Source: Octopus sinensis
Lineage: Eukaryota
DNA length: 64,000 nt
Direction: 5' to 3'
Assembly: GCF_006345805.1 (NCBI RefSeq)
Contig: NC_043004.1
Span: 6,758,001 to 6,822,000, forward strand
The position numbers were made by a program, and so were the translations under genes. The notes beneath the pieces are model-generated. The model did no database searches, was not told the origin of the DNA, and worked only from the letters and a program-made list of their open reading frames with translations. Within the stretch, counting starts at the first letter, position 1; every line of letters starts with the position of its first letter. Positions 12,290 to 25,082 of the stretch are shown one piece after another.

Positions 12290-13436
12290 CATGTATTACT
12301 TATCTTTGTATTCCAATCAGAGGTAAGCCTATTTCTGAAATGTTCATTGCATTGCTTGTATGTATTTTTATCATAACTTTTATGGTGTTTTTTTTTAGCT
12401 AGGACTTTGATTTTAGCAAGTGGAATTTATACTCTACTTTTCTTTATAAATATCTTTATGTGATTTTGACCTCACACCTCATCCATGTTGTATATTACTC
12501 TGGAAAACATATCTAGTAGATAGTAGCCTTAACTGTAAAAGATGAATAACAAAGTAAATTCTAGATGAATATTGGGAAAAAATATCAAATGATCATTTGA
12601 CCAACCAGACAACCAGCTGCTGTTACACGTCGCTGGTCACAATGCACTTTGCACTGTTTTAGCCTTCGAATGATGCCACCCCACTGGTTAGGTGAGCAGG
12701 CCAATATTCCTCTTGATTGAAAGGGGGGACTGGAGTAACATGAAACAAAGTGTTATACTAAAGAACACAATGTACTGCCTGGTCTAGGAATTGAACCTAT
12801 GATCAAGTGATCATGAGTGCAACAGCCACGTGTCTCTTTGTCTTCAATCATCATCAGCATGATCATAATAAGCAGGTGAGGGAGCTTCTATATAGCTATT
12901 TGACTTGCTAGAACCATACTGGACAAACAAACAAAAAAAGTGGCAGGGAGAGATACATTATGATAATGTGTCCTTTTAACAATATGGTCCCATGAAAAAA
13001 AGATGAAATGGTTTCACCTGAAACATTTTTAGTTATAGGTGAGGCATGGTTATGTAGTTAAGAACCTTGCTTCTCAACCATTCGGTCTTGGGTTCAGTCC
13101 CACAATGTGACATGAGCATCACTGTCATATAAGTTGCTTGTTTTCAGCCCTTTGTGAAAGCTATGTCAAGCTATAGGGAAAATACCACCTTGCTTGGAAA
13201 CAGATGAGGGTTGGTGATAGGAAGAAAATCTGCCTTGACAAATTTCAGCTGATTTATGCAAGAATGGAAAATCATCGTCATCAGACATCCATTTTCCATG
13301 CTGGCATGGGTTGGACAGTTTGTCAGGAGCTGGCAAGCCAGGGAGCTCCACCAAGTTTTTTTTCTTTTTTTGGCATCGTTTCCAAGGCTGGATGCCCTTC
13401 CTAATGCACACGATTTTACAGAGTGTATTGGGAACC

Positions 13437-13735
13437 TTTTACATGACACAGGCACAGGTGCTTTACATGTGACACAGGCACAGGTGCTTTACATGTGACA
13501 CAGGCACAGGTGCTTTACATGTGACACAGGCACAGGTGCTTTACATGTGGCACAGGCACAGGTGCTTTACATATGGCACAGGTACAGGTGCTTTACATGT
13601 GGCACAGGTAGAGGTGCTTTACATGTGGCACAGGCACAGGTGCTTTACATGTAGCACAGGCACAGGTGCTTTACATGTGGCACAGGTAGAGGTGCTTTAC
13701 ATGTAACACAGGCCCGTGCTTTATAAGTGGCACGG
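13437..13735. repeat. Minisatellite, ~11 copies of a 26-bp unit
   Basis: Unit CTTTACATGTG(A/G)CACAGGCACAGGTG, contiguous with a SINE C copy. Confidence 0.92.
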
Positions 13736-14293
13736 GAATGAGTGAGCATTAAATGACGGTGATGCTTGACCGGGATAACAATCTTCACCATCCTTTTCAG
13801 TCCTTTTTACCAATCAGATATGGGTTGCATAAGTCTGCAAGACAGTAAAATACTACTGTTGCTGACCCTTTGTCATTTCATGCATTAATGTCCAGTATTT
13901 TTAAAACCTGACCTGGTAACTTCTGCATATGTCTTTCTTTCATGTTTAAAAATACTAGACTCCTCAGCAACTTCCAATTTCTGTAATATCTTTCTCTTTC
14001 AAATTACATCACTTACACATGCATACCAATATTATTTACACAGAATATTGACTGTTTTATAATTTAATTAATGTATATATTTCAGAATGAGTGTGTCTGT
14101 CAAAGAGTGTGGCTATTATGTACACTACACTACATACACACAATATATAAAAATCAAGTAAATGAACCACCACCCTTAGGTAATATAGAAATGTAAATTA
14201 AATATCATTAAATGAAATTTAAAACTACTAATTATCATATATTAGAGATTAGACATTGTAAACAATAATTTGCGATAAAATATTCTACCTCAA

Positions 14294-14326
<33 letters not shown>

Positions 14327-14402
14327 TACGCTCACGTACTTGTCTGTATACATGCAAATGTGTGTATATGTGTATTTACATACATACAAATATACATGTA
14401 CA

Positions 14403-14443
<41 letters not shown>

Positions 14444-16289
14444 TTAGGGGGAAAGGAAATAGATAGGTAGTAATGTGTACTTGTTACGATAGAAGTCTAA
14501 ACATAAAACCAAATGTAACAAAGACACTGATTAAAAATTCCAATCTAACTAGAAATGGCACAAACATAAATCCAGTCCAATCTTAGTGTCGATGAGAAGT
14601 TTTGGAGGGATTCTTTTGTACACATTGAAGAGACAGAAGCTGATTGCAGCTAGCAAGCTAGTTATAGCAAGCTTGTTATAGCTAGCTCATTAGATGGCAC
14701 AGGAATATTTGCTTGCATCTGGCCAGCTAGCAACAGAAAACCTCTCCTGTCACCCTAGCAGCAGATATTTGAAGGATGGGAGAAGTACTTTTCCTTGTTT
14801 GCCATTAATCAGTAGTTTCCTGCTCCTGGTTCCACCTTCTCTATGTAGCCTAAAGCCTAAATTCTTTTCCTTTCTCTTCTCTCTCTCTCTCTCTCTTTCT
14901 GACATTCAGGATGGATACATTTTTAGGACACAGTTAATCAAAAAGTGTAGGGTTTACCTAATAATTAGTGATGGATAAGAACAGGCTGGTCCTCAGAGAG
15001 ACATGACTACAACAGATGGAATCAAGGTAAAAGAAAAAAAAAAAAGAAAATCAAACAATGCTGCTCTGCCCTTGATATATAGCATAATTAAAGGGAAACA
15101 TGAATACAAACAGAAAAGGTAACAGAGCCCAGAGTACCAAAACTTAGTCTTTTTAGATTCTTTATATGTATGAATCTATACGTATATATATGTATACATC
15201 CATGCATATATATATCCAGATCCAGCCAGTCATTTGTGTATCTATAAAACTGATATTAATAATCAGTCTTTACTTATTATTATTATTACTGATGCTGTTG
15301 TTATTGATATCATTAAGTTAGAATCCTGTTGAGGACAGATGTGTCTTTCATCCCTCAAGCATCAATAAAATAAGCACGAGTAAAAACTGGGAATTGATTC
15401 AATTGACCGTCTCGACTCTCTTAAAAAAATTTGAGGCCTCTGTAAGAGAAAAGAAAATCCTTTTTCTTGTAATTAATGTAATGTATTATTACTTAATGCC
15501 ATCATCATAGAAATGAAACTAAGAAAGTAGTTATCAGAACAGAGGAGGTAAAACGAAACTAAACTTAATATGGACAGCACACAGGTCTATGAGATGTAAT
15601 GCTGAAATTTAATGCCATAGGAGAGATAAAAAAAAATCTCTCTCTCTCTCACAGAAAACATATGTGCAAATGGAAAAGAGAAAATGACTAAACTTTGAGA
15701 ATATTAATCAGGAAAATATAAATATAGTTGTTGTACAAAATATTTGAGAAATTAATCAACAAAATTACTTCTAACTTGGAACTGGTTGAGGTTTTACTTG
15801 GTTGAATTAACTGTAGTACTTGACAGCTACTTCTTTTTATTGATCCAAGAAAAACAAAAATCAAAATCAACCTAACTAAATTTGAACACAGAATTTAAAA
15901 GTGAAAATCACAAAGAATTAAGCCTGATGCTTCAAGGATTCTGCTATTACAAGTCTATAAGAATAATAATTATTGATCCCACTTCAGTTTTTCTGTATAC
16001 TGTCAAAGGTTGGAGGATTTACAATACAACAAGATTGTATTGTAATTTGTATTCTATTATGATTTTAAACCCTGCATTATACTGTGAGAAGCTTAACATT
16101 CTGAGATTTAGTCTTGATATCCGATGACTGACAAGCACAGAGTCAGAAAGTGAGAAAATTTCTAGTTACTTCCATCCCAAAATATGATTGACTTTGATAG
16201 TGCTTTTCTTCCATTACATTCAAGCAGTGTGCTACCCAGCTGGACTCTACTCTTACCAAACTTTCCAGTCTTTCCTTTAAATTGACCAC

Positions 16290-16468
16290 ATCTAGCCCAA
16301 ATACTCTACCTGATCTGGCTGAATACACCTACCCTACAATGACATTCTAAGAATAATCATTCACATAATTAAAGTATCAAAGCTATGAGATAATGTATGA
16401 TTAATTTGAAATGATGTAAATAAATAAGATTTACATTTGGCAGAGTAATCTGAATGCTGAAGGGTTAA
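16290..16468 (-). mobile_element. piggyBac-type MITE family 1, partial
   Basis: Reverse-complement homology; ends GAATGCTGAAGGGTTAA. Confidence 0.65.
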
Positions 16469-16499
16469 CATGCAATTTGCCTTAACCTATATATATGCA

Positions 16500-16945
16500 C
16501 CTTCTTCAAAATATTTATCTCTTTGATCTCAAAAACTACCAATGTATCATCATTACCATTTGAAGGTAATGGAGACTGTTGTAAACAATCACTTTGATTA
16601 TCACAATTTCTTTCTTTTCTCATCAACCCCCAGTAAGATCTTTGTAGGCTCTGATAGTGATTTACTTTCTTACATGATGAAGCAATGGGTTCTGCTCTAG
16701 ACAGAAGAACTTCTTAGCCCACTCATCTGCCCATGAGTTCCATCTATCTTTCATCTATTGTATTGATTTTCCTACATCAATAAGTCTTTCTCTCTCATGT
16801 TTTATAACATTTAGTATGCCTCAGGGCTTGCTAATGTCTCTCACACTCTTCCTCCACTTTATTAATGACCTGTCACTAGCTGTCACTTCCAACAACACAC
16901 ACTCCTATGCAAATGATACATCCCTTCCACTCACAGGCAACATCT
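16500..16945 (+). mobile_element. CR1/L2/Jockey-group LINE RT fragment
   Basis: From ~16813: SMPQGLLMSLTLFLHFINDL..HSYANDTS, matching GVPQGSVLSPTLF..INDL..YADDT. Confidence 0.75.
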
Positions 16946-18024
16946 ACATGAAAATTAAGCACCATATGTCCGGACTGGTTTTATTTCTGTGAACATTGTA
17001 CCTCAAAGGCTGTATATCACTTTGTTTCATTTCTCTAAACCCTAAACTAAACTCTTCTCCCAATCATTCCTCCTCAAAAATCTAGCAATAAAAAAGAATT
17101 CCCTGTACCCAAACCTTCTCTAGAGGCATCAATGTACAAAATTTCAAACTGACCATCAACCACATTGATCTCAAGGATCATATGTGCATGTATTCTCTTC
17201 TCATACAAAAAAAAAAAAAAAATTTAAGTTCTTCCTGTGTCAGCCATGATTTTGCTGAGATTATCACAGATTCTTCCAAACCTCTTTTTAAACACTGTCT
17301 GTTATTAAAAATAATTTAAACCCAATGATAAATTGATTCATCATGACAATTTGAAACACTTCATGTGCCACATCACCAATAGCAAATTTCTGTTTTCATT
17401 CACACTTAGCTGAATGAGACCTGATTTTTAGCTCTCCACCAAACAATTTTACTTTCCGCCTTCTATTCTTGATGTTTATCTCTTCTAAGTACTAAAATGG
17501 GTAGATTAGTGATAGTATTTATCTATCGGTTTCAGATTCTGGCACAATGGAAAGGGGGCGGGATACTCAATTACATCAACACCAGTGCTCAACTGGTATT
17601 TATTTTACTGACCATCAAAAGGATGAAAGACAAAGTCAGACTCAGTGGGATTTGAACTCAGAACACGAACAGCCAAAAGAAATGCCACTAAGCAGTTTGT
17701 CCATTGTACTAAAGACTCTGCAAACTCACTAACTTAGTGATAGTCAGTATTGACAAGAATTAGTTATGGAATATTAACAAAAAGTGGTTATGTTAGTTAT
17801 TGAATGGAATATATTTTCACTATCAAATGTCATTGAAAACTGAGAAAAATAAAGTCTTCTGTTACATTTAACATAAGATCTTGTCTGAAATATTAATCTC
17901 TATTGCTCCCAGTACATCAATATACACTTTTTTGCTCCTCTCCTTTAATCTGGTCATCCACACTATTGTGCCTTACTATTGCCTGGCATCTGGTATTTTT
18001 TGGATCTTTATCCTTTGTTTTTTC

Positions 18025-18842
18025 CTCGTTTCAGTGATTGGACTGTGGCCCATGCTGGAGTACCACCTTGAAAGATTTTAGTCAAACAAACTGGCTCCAG
18101 AACTTATCTTTTATGCCTGGTGTTTATTCTTTTGACCGCTTTTGCTGAACTGCTAAGTTACAGGGATGTAAATAAAATGACACTAGTTGTCAAGCAAGTA
18201 GGCTGGATACAGAAACACACATACACACGGCAGGCTTTCACAGTTTCCATCTACCAAATTCATTCACAAAGCATTGTTCAGTCCAAAGCCCTGGTAGCAG
18301 ACACCTCAATGTGTTGCACAGTGAGACTGAACCTGAAACCACATGGTTGCAAAACAAGCTTCTTAACCACACAGCCAGAGCTAGTCAACAATTTGTAAAA
18401 AAAAGGAAATACCCAACAAAGACAATTCACTATCTTTCCTCTGCATTCTCTATTTCTGCTTCCCTCTTTGTATATCTGCACCTTGCTGGAGCACCACCTT
18501 TAGCAAATTGACCCCAGTACTTATTCTTTGTAAACCTAGTACTTATTCTATCAGTCACTTTTGCCAAACTGCTAAGTTACAGGGATGTAAACACACTAGC
18601 ATTGGCTGTCAAGCGATGTTGGTGGGGACAAACATAGACACACAAACATACACACACGCACACACACACACACACACATGATAGGCTTCTTTCAGTTTCC
18701 GTCCACTAAATCCACTCACAAGGCTTTGGTCAGCCCAAGGCTATAGTAGAAGACATTTGCCCAAGGCACCACGCAGTGGAACTGAATCCGGAACCATGAG
18801 GTTGGTAAGCAAGCTACTTACCACACAGCCACTCCTGCGTCT
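18025..18842 (-). mobile_element. Two SINE A copies (18025-18375, 18484-18842)
   Basis: Homology to family A. Confidence 0.85.
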
Positions 18843-19503
18843 ATATCGACAACTTTAAGAAAAAAGAACTTTGAACAACTATTCCACATCTTAACGAATC
18901 TTCTCCTTTTCTTAATTACTACTTCCAACTTGAAATGTTCATCTCCTAATTGGAGGAGTCCACTTCTCACCTATCACTCAATCTGGTCAAAACAAAGTCA
19001 AAGTAATTCTCAGTTGCACTGTTCAGTTTGCAGTTGGCTTCAACTTTATGAAATTTATAATACAAATGGTAAATTCCTCAGAATTCTTCATTATTATTTT
19101 TGTAATAAGGCCAAAACCACTATGTTCTCCAGTGTGTTAATTTATTCTTATACTATCCAACCTAGCTGTCACAATCAATTATATCTCTCTATTCTGCCTA
19201 ACCTTTCATTCCCTCATTTCCCAATCCTATTCAAGAGACATTTCCAAAGTTCAAACCGTTAAATTCTGTCAGCTGCCTCACCTGTACTTTATATGGACGC
19301 TCTAAAGTGGTCAACATAATGAAGATCATCCAGCTGTAGAAATCATGCCAAAACAGACATTGGAGCTTGACACAGTCCTCTGACCTGTCTGATCCTGTCA
19401 AGCCATCCAACCCATGCCAGCATGGGATACGGATGCTGCATGATGAAGCCAATGACTGTGTAGATTGATATCACTATATCATATCTATCTATGCATGTGT
19501 GTA

Positions 19504-19545
<42 letters not shown>

Positions 19546-19548
<3 letters not shown>

Positions 19549-20408
19549 GTGCAGGAGTGGCTGTGTGGTAAGAAGTTTGCTTCCCAACCACATGGTTCTG
19601 GGTTCAGTCCAACTGCATGGCACCTTGGGCAAGTGTCTTCTACTATAGCCTTGGGCTAACCAAAGCCTTGAGTTGATTTGGTAGATGGAAACTGAAAGAA
19701 GCCCATCATATATATATAATCATCATCATCATCATCATCATTTAACGTCCGCTTTCCATGCTAGCATGGGTTGGACGGTTCAACTGGGGTCTGGGGAGCC
19801 AAGTAAATATATGGCACAACGAAGTACCGATATTTACTGGAAATAGCGAACGTATATGTGTGCAGGCATATCTTGAAAAATCTGAAACCGGCTCCGGTCC
19901 CACATTATCCTTTTCTAGGTATTTCATCTTTCAGATGTTCTCCCTGGAGGTAAGACAATTTTTTTCAAGTTTGTTGCACTCACGCATTTTTGTTAGTACA
20001 TACGCAGTGAAGCTATACATTAGCGTCGTATTATTACATTCGCTATTTCCAGTAAATATCGGTACTTCGTTGTGCCATATATTTACTTCTATGTATAATT
20101 TTCCCTCACGGGCTATTCTTTACTGGAAAGCAATACACTCGTATTGCATTACTAATTTATATATATATAATATATATACACACACACATACATGTATGTA
20201 TGTATGTATTTGTGTCTGTGTTTGTCGCTTGACAACCAATGTTGGTTCATTTTTGTCCCCATAAATTTGCAGTTCAGCAAAAAGAGACCAATAAAATAAG
20301 TACTAGACTTGCAAAGAATAAGTCCTGGGGTCAATTTGTTTGAGTAAAGGCAGTGCTCCAGCATGGCAGCAGTCAAGTGAGTGAAACAAGTAAAAGAATA
20401 AAAGAATA
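19546..20408 (+). mobile_element. SINE A with nested insertions in its central microsatellite
   Basis: Head 19546-19710, tail ~20200-20408. Between them lie a SINE C tail and the inverted-repeat element. Confidence 0.8.
19801..20088. repeat. Inverted repeat (54-bp arms 19801-19854 and 20035-20088) nested in a SINE
   Basis: AAGTAAATATATGGCACAACGAAGTACCGATATTTACTGGAAATAGCGAA and its reverse complement. Confidence 0.9.
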
Positions 20409-20880
20409 TATATTATCTATATGATGTATGTATGTAAGTTTATGTGTTTCTTTTTTTTGAAAAGTATACAAGACGTAGGTGTTTCTGTGTGGTAAGAAGT
20501 TTGCTTCTTATGAGGTGCAATTTGGCTGAATGGTTAAGAAGCTTGCTTAGGAAGAAAAGACCCTAGGATCGAGTCTTCCCTATGTCATTTCGAGCAAATA
20601 TCACCTTTTATCGAGGGTTTGTTGGTCGTTGGGTACTAACATCCCTCTCATCCGTATCATTTTGTTTCATTTCATCTCATCTTGTCCATGTCCAGCCCAC
20701 AAGCTTCTATCTGTGTACTGCCCTTGTGGCAAATTATATGAAATAAAGAAGTTTGCTTCTTAATTACATGGCTCTGTTCAGTCTCATCATGTGGCACCTT
20801 CAGTGAGTGTCTTCAATAGCCTCAGGTTGCCCAAAGCTTTGTGAGTGGATTTGGTAGACGGAAACTGAAAGAAGCCCATC

Positions 20881-20919
<39 letters not shown>

Positions 20920-20929
20920 GCAAAATTAT

Positions 20930-21110
20930 AATTTAGGATATCTAAGAGATACCACCATGCTGGAAATAACAGCCAAAACTTGACTCTAAAACCACATTAA
21001 ATGTTCATACAGCCTTCTCTCTTGGTGCTGTATGAACATTTAATGTGGTTTTAGAGTCAAGTTTTGGCTGCTATTTCCAGCGTGGTGGTATCTCTTGGAT
21101 ACCCTAAATT
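20930..21110. repeat. Fold-back element (84-bp arms, 13-nt spacer) in a (TA)n-flanked insert
   Basis: 20930-21013 is the reverse complement of 21027-21110 with about 4 mismatches. Confidence 0.92.
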
Positions 21111-21229
21111 AAATTTTTAATAATAATTATTACCTTTGAAGGTTTTTATTCCCATGCTGGCTACTTGATAAGTTCGATATTTCAATAACGATCTTATCCT
21201 TATTTATATAATTTTATATATATATATAT

Positions 21230-21264
<35 letters not shown>

Positions 21265-21267
21265 GCA

Positions 21268-21656
21268 TGTAGGTGCATGAGTGGCTGTGTGGTAAGTAGC
21301 TTGCTTACCAACCACATGGGTCTGGGTTCAGTCCCACTACGTGACACCTTAGGCAAGTATCTTCTACTATATCCTCGGGCCAACCAAAGCCTTGTGAATG
21401 GATTTGGTAGACGGAAACTGAAAGAAGCCCATCGTATATATGTATATGTATGTATGATTGTGTGTCTGTGTTTGTCCCCCCAACATCGTTTGACAACTGA
21501 TGCTGGTGTGTTTATGTCCCCGTTAGGCAAAAGTTAGCGGTTTGGCAAAAGAGACCGACAGAATAATACAAAGAATAAGTCCTGGGGTCGATTTGCCCGA
21601 CTAAAGGTGATGCTCTAGCATGGCTGCAGTCAAATGACTGAAACAAGTAAAAGAAT
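21268..21656 (+). mobile_element. tRNA-derived SINE family A, full length
   Basis: A-box-like GTGGCTGTGTGGTAAG, B-box-like GGTTCAGTCCC, central microsatellite, tail GACTGAAACAAGTAAAAGA. Many copies in the window. Confidence 0.9.
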
Positions 21657-23562
21657 ATATATACAGACAGACAGATAAACATTTGTGTGTCTGTCTATCT
21701 GTCTGTCTGTATATATATCCCTGTTACTTAGTAGTTTGGCAAAAGAGACTGACAGAATAAGTATCAGGATTACAAAAAACAAATAAATAAATAACTACTG
21801 GAGTCGATTTGTTTGGCTAAAATTCTTCAAAGTGGTGCCCAAACATGGCCACAGTCTAATGAGTGAAAAAAGATAAAAGATATAAGATTTAGAATTTCAA
21901 AGAACTCCAACAAACAACTACCTCTTACTCTTTCTTCCTCAAATATGAGTTTGGTTGATGCTTCTCACATGGTTGATGCTTCTCTCCATCTCACATGCTG
22001 GAGAGAAACTAATGTTAATTAACCAATATGCTACTAACATCTCTCTACAACTTCACTGCTGGTTTTCTCTCTTTTCCTCTCTCTCTCTCATTATTTCTAT
22101 ATTAACACAACATTACGGAAATCATACACACACACATAGTTTATTATATATATATATATATATACGAAATCAATTTGCCCAAAGCCAACTTCAACCTCCA
22201 AAGATTCAACTTGAAAAATGTTGTAATATATATAATTACAGAAAATATTAAAAAAAAGACACAAAGACACACACATGAAAAAAAAATCACTTTGCCAACT
22301 TAGATCAATATTTATTTTTAAATTAATGAAGCAATCATGGAAGGAGCAGCAGAGAAAATGAAAGACTACAAAGTAGAAGTGTAGCTATAGCAAAGTAAAT
22401 AAATAAATAAAGCTATTCTTATTAAAAAACCAAAATCAAAATGAGAATGAAAATGGATGAAGGAAGAAGGATTGAAGGGAAAGAAAATCTGAAGGAAAAA
22501 AAAAAATAGGAAGGAAAATGTAATGAGAAAAAAAAAAAGAAAAATTAAAAAATGAAAGTGAAAATTCACAAAGGTTTGCTAGCGAAATAAATTTTGGAAG
22601 AAAAAAATTTAGAAAGAAATTTGAACATCTAAGGACGAAGAAGGAAAAGAAAGAGTAAGTCAATGAAAAGAAGAAAACGTGAAAACAATGCCTGGTTCAG
22701 AGAACCACACCCACTTTCATGATGAACACCTCACACAAAGGTGAAAACAACACTGTGTTGTAGTAACAGTAGTAGTGGCAGCAGTAGTAGTAGTGGCGGC
22801 AGTAGCAATAACAACAACAACAATTAAACATTGATTACATGAACCATTGCTTTCTTCTGAAAAAGTCAGTTTCAGTAAATTTGCCAAATATTCCAAAATT
22901 TCAACAACTATTTCACCTACCTTTTCTCTCTCTCTCTGTCTTTCTCACACACACACACAATTCCCCCTCACTTTTTCTCTCTCTCTTACACACACACACA
23001 CACAATACCCTTTCTCTCTCTCACACACACACTTTCCCTCTCTGATACAAACACACACTTTTTTCCTCTACCACACACTTTTTCTCTAACACACTGATAC
23101 ACACACTTTTCCTTGTGAGTGCGTGTGTGCATGCTCGTGCGCGTGTGTGTGTGTGCATGCGTGTGTACATGTTCACTTAAGTGCAAAAGAGACACCTGAA
23201 CTGGATTATGTATAATTCAACTCTCAAGGATCAATAATACTTAGCCAGCTCCTGCTTATAGTAAAAATACAGAGAGAGTGAAAGGAGGAGATGAAGAAAA
23301 GTATTAAAATGGCCTCTTGCTAAGCAAGAGGCCAGCAGTTACTTGAAGCAAAAGTTTAGATGGCACCAGTCTTTTGGAACTATTTTAGCTTTTCTTCATA
23401 ACTGAGTCTGCAAGTTTTCACTTGAATGAATACCTTAAGGAAGGACAGAGATAATTATTATAAAATAAAATTTCATATATTAATAAATACTGAAATTTAT
23501 TTAAATTTCCTTATATAACTAAATAACTAAGAACATGATCATATGAGGCATTGTAGAGTGTG

Positions 23563-23593
<31 letters not shown>

Positions 23594-23787
23594 TATATAT
23601 ATATGTATCTATCTATCTATATATATATATAATTATTTGGCCTTTTAGTACTATAATCATTTGACCTTATACTGAATAATTTGCTGTTAATTGATTAAGT
23701 AATATATTTTGAAGTGAGTTATTTACTGGAGTACTTTGAATTCTGTAAGTTAATTTACTTGATAGTTCATGTTCGTTTTTAAAACTA

Positions 23788-25032
23788 TCGAGTCATCCCA
23801 TAAATAATGAGGATTTTTTCAATTGCATGAACTATAAGTTGAAAGGGGACGGGTTAAACTACCTGCATCAACTTGCTATAAAAGCAGGTAGTAATTTTAC
23901 CTTGTACTTATTCTTAGTACAAATTTTGAAGAGTGCAGTTTTATTTTAAGTAATTTTTTTCAAAGCTATAATGGAAGTGACAAAGGAGCATATTTGGCAT
24001 ATTTTTCTTTATGAGTTCAATAAAGGCAATAACACAACGGAAAGTGTAAGGAATATTAATGCAGTATATGGGGATTGGACAATAAGTGTAAGCCAGTGTC
24101 AATAGTGGTTCTAGAAATTCTGAGCTGGAAACTACAACCTAGAAGACGAACCTCATCCTGGAAGATCTGTAGAGCTTGATGAGGACGTCCAGCAAACCCT
24201 GATGGAACAAAATCCCATTGTAACTGTTGAACTAGCAGAGAAATTTAAATTTGGTCATTCAACTGTTCATCGACACCTGTGTGCCATTGGAAAAGTCAGT
24301 GAACTGGGTCAATGAGTTCCTCACAAACTTTCCGAGTCTAATCACATGCAGAGAGTGAAAGTGTGGTTTTCTTAGCTGTCATGTCTCACAAATGAACCTT
24401 TTTTTGGATTGAATAGTAACTGATGATGGGAAATGGGTTCTCTATAAAAATGTCAAAGACAGTGGGTAGAGAAAGGAGAAACACTGGCACTCCAGGCTAA
24501 AGAAGGTTTTCATCCACTTAAAGTATTGTTATCTGTTGATGGGATATGAAAGGTTTAGTCCACTTTGAACTTTTAAACCCAAACCAAATGATAACAAAGG
24601 AGATCTACTGTGAGCAGCTTTAGTAATTTAAGTCATCCCTAGAAGAAAAACGACCAGCTTTGGTTTCAAGACAAAAGGTGTTCTTCCATCAGGATAATGC
24701 TCAGCTACATACAGTGAGGATGACATTCCAAAGGCTGGAGCAGTTTGCCAGACATTACTCCATCTGATTATCATTTATTGTGCAGTCTTCAAAATCATTT
24801 GGATGGAAAAAATATGAATTCTGTAGATGTGGTCAGAACAGTACTGGAGGAGTATTTTCCATCACGAACAAGTGAATTTTGGAAGAGGAGCCTAGCAAGT
24901 CTACCAGATAGATGGAAGAGCATTGTAGAAAATAAAGGAAAGTATATTTTAGATTAAAAAAGAACTTTGTTTATCCTAATTTTGAAAAATAAAAGAAGTA
25001 TAAAAAACCGCATTATTTATTGGATGACCCAA
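23788..25032 (+). mobile_element. Mariner DNA transposon, near full length, decayed
   Basis: TIRs TCGAGTCATCCCATAAATAATGAGGATTTTT / AAAAAACCGCATTATTTATTGGATGACCCAA, TA at the left end, ~1.25 kb long, transposase remnants inside. Confidence 0.95.
23971..24957 (+). pseudogene. Mariner (D,D34D) transposase pseudogene
   Basis: MEVTKEHIWHIFLYEFNKG N-terminus, *VPHKL (WVPHEL motif), IVTDDGKWV, FFHQDNA, PDITPSDYHLL (YSPDLAPSDYHLF motif). Many stops, frameshifts and a short deletion. Confidence 0.93.
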
Positions 25033-25082
25033 AACTTTGCAGCTAATAATAATAATAATAAATAATAATAATAATAATAATA

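Noticed and set aside
13437-13735. Regular repeat array resembling CRISPR
   Set aside because: Contiguous 26-bp units with no unique spacers, eukaryotic context and no cas genes.
19855-19905. GAAACCGG-CT-CCGGTC resembling helix III plus GUC, with ATGTG/CACAT flanks
   Set aside because: No CTGANGA box or stem II upstream.
19758-20264. 168-aa ORF
   Set aside because: Spans a SINE tail, an inverted-repeat insert and a microsatellite; a composite artefact.
21268-21345. tRNA gene
   Set aside because: The A/B-box-like motifs are the head of a multi-copy SINE; no cloverleaf or terminator.
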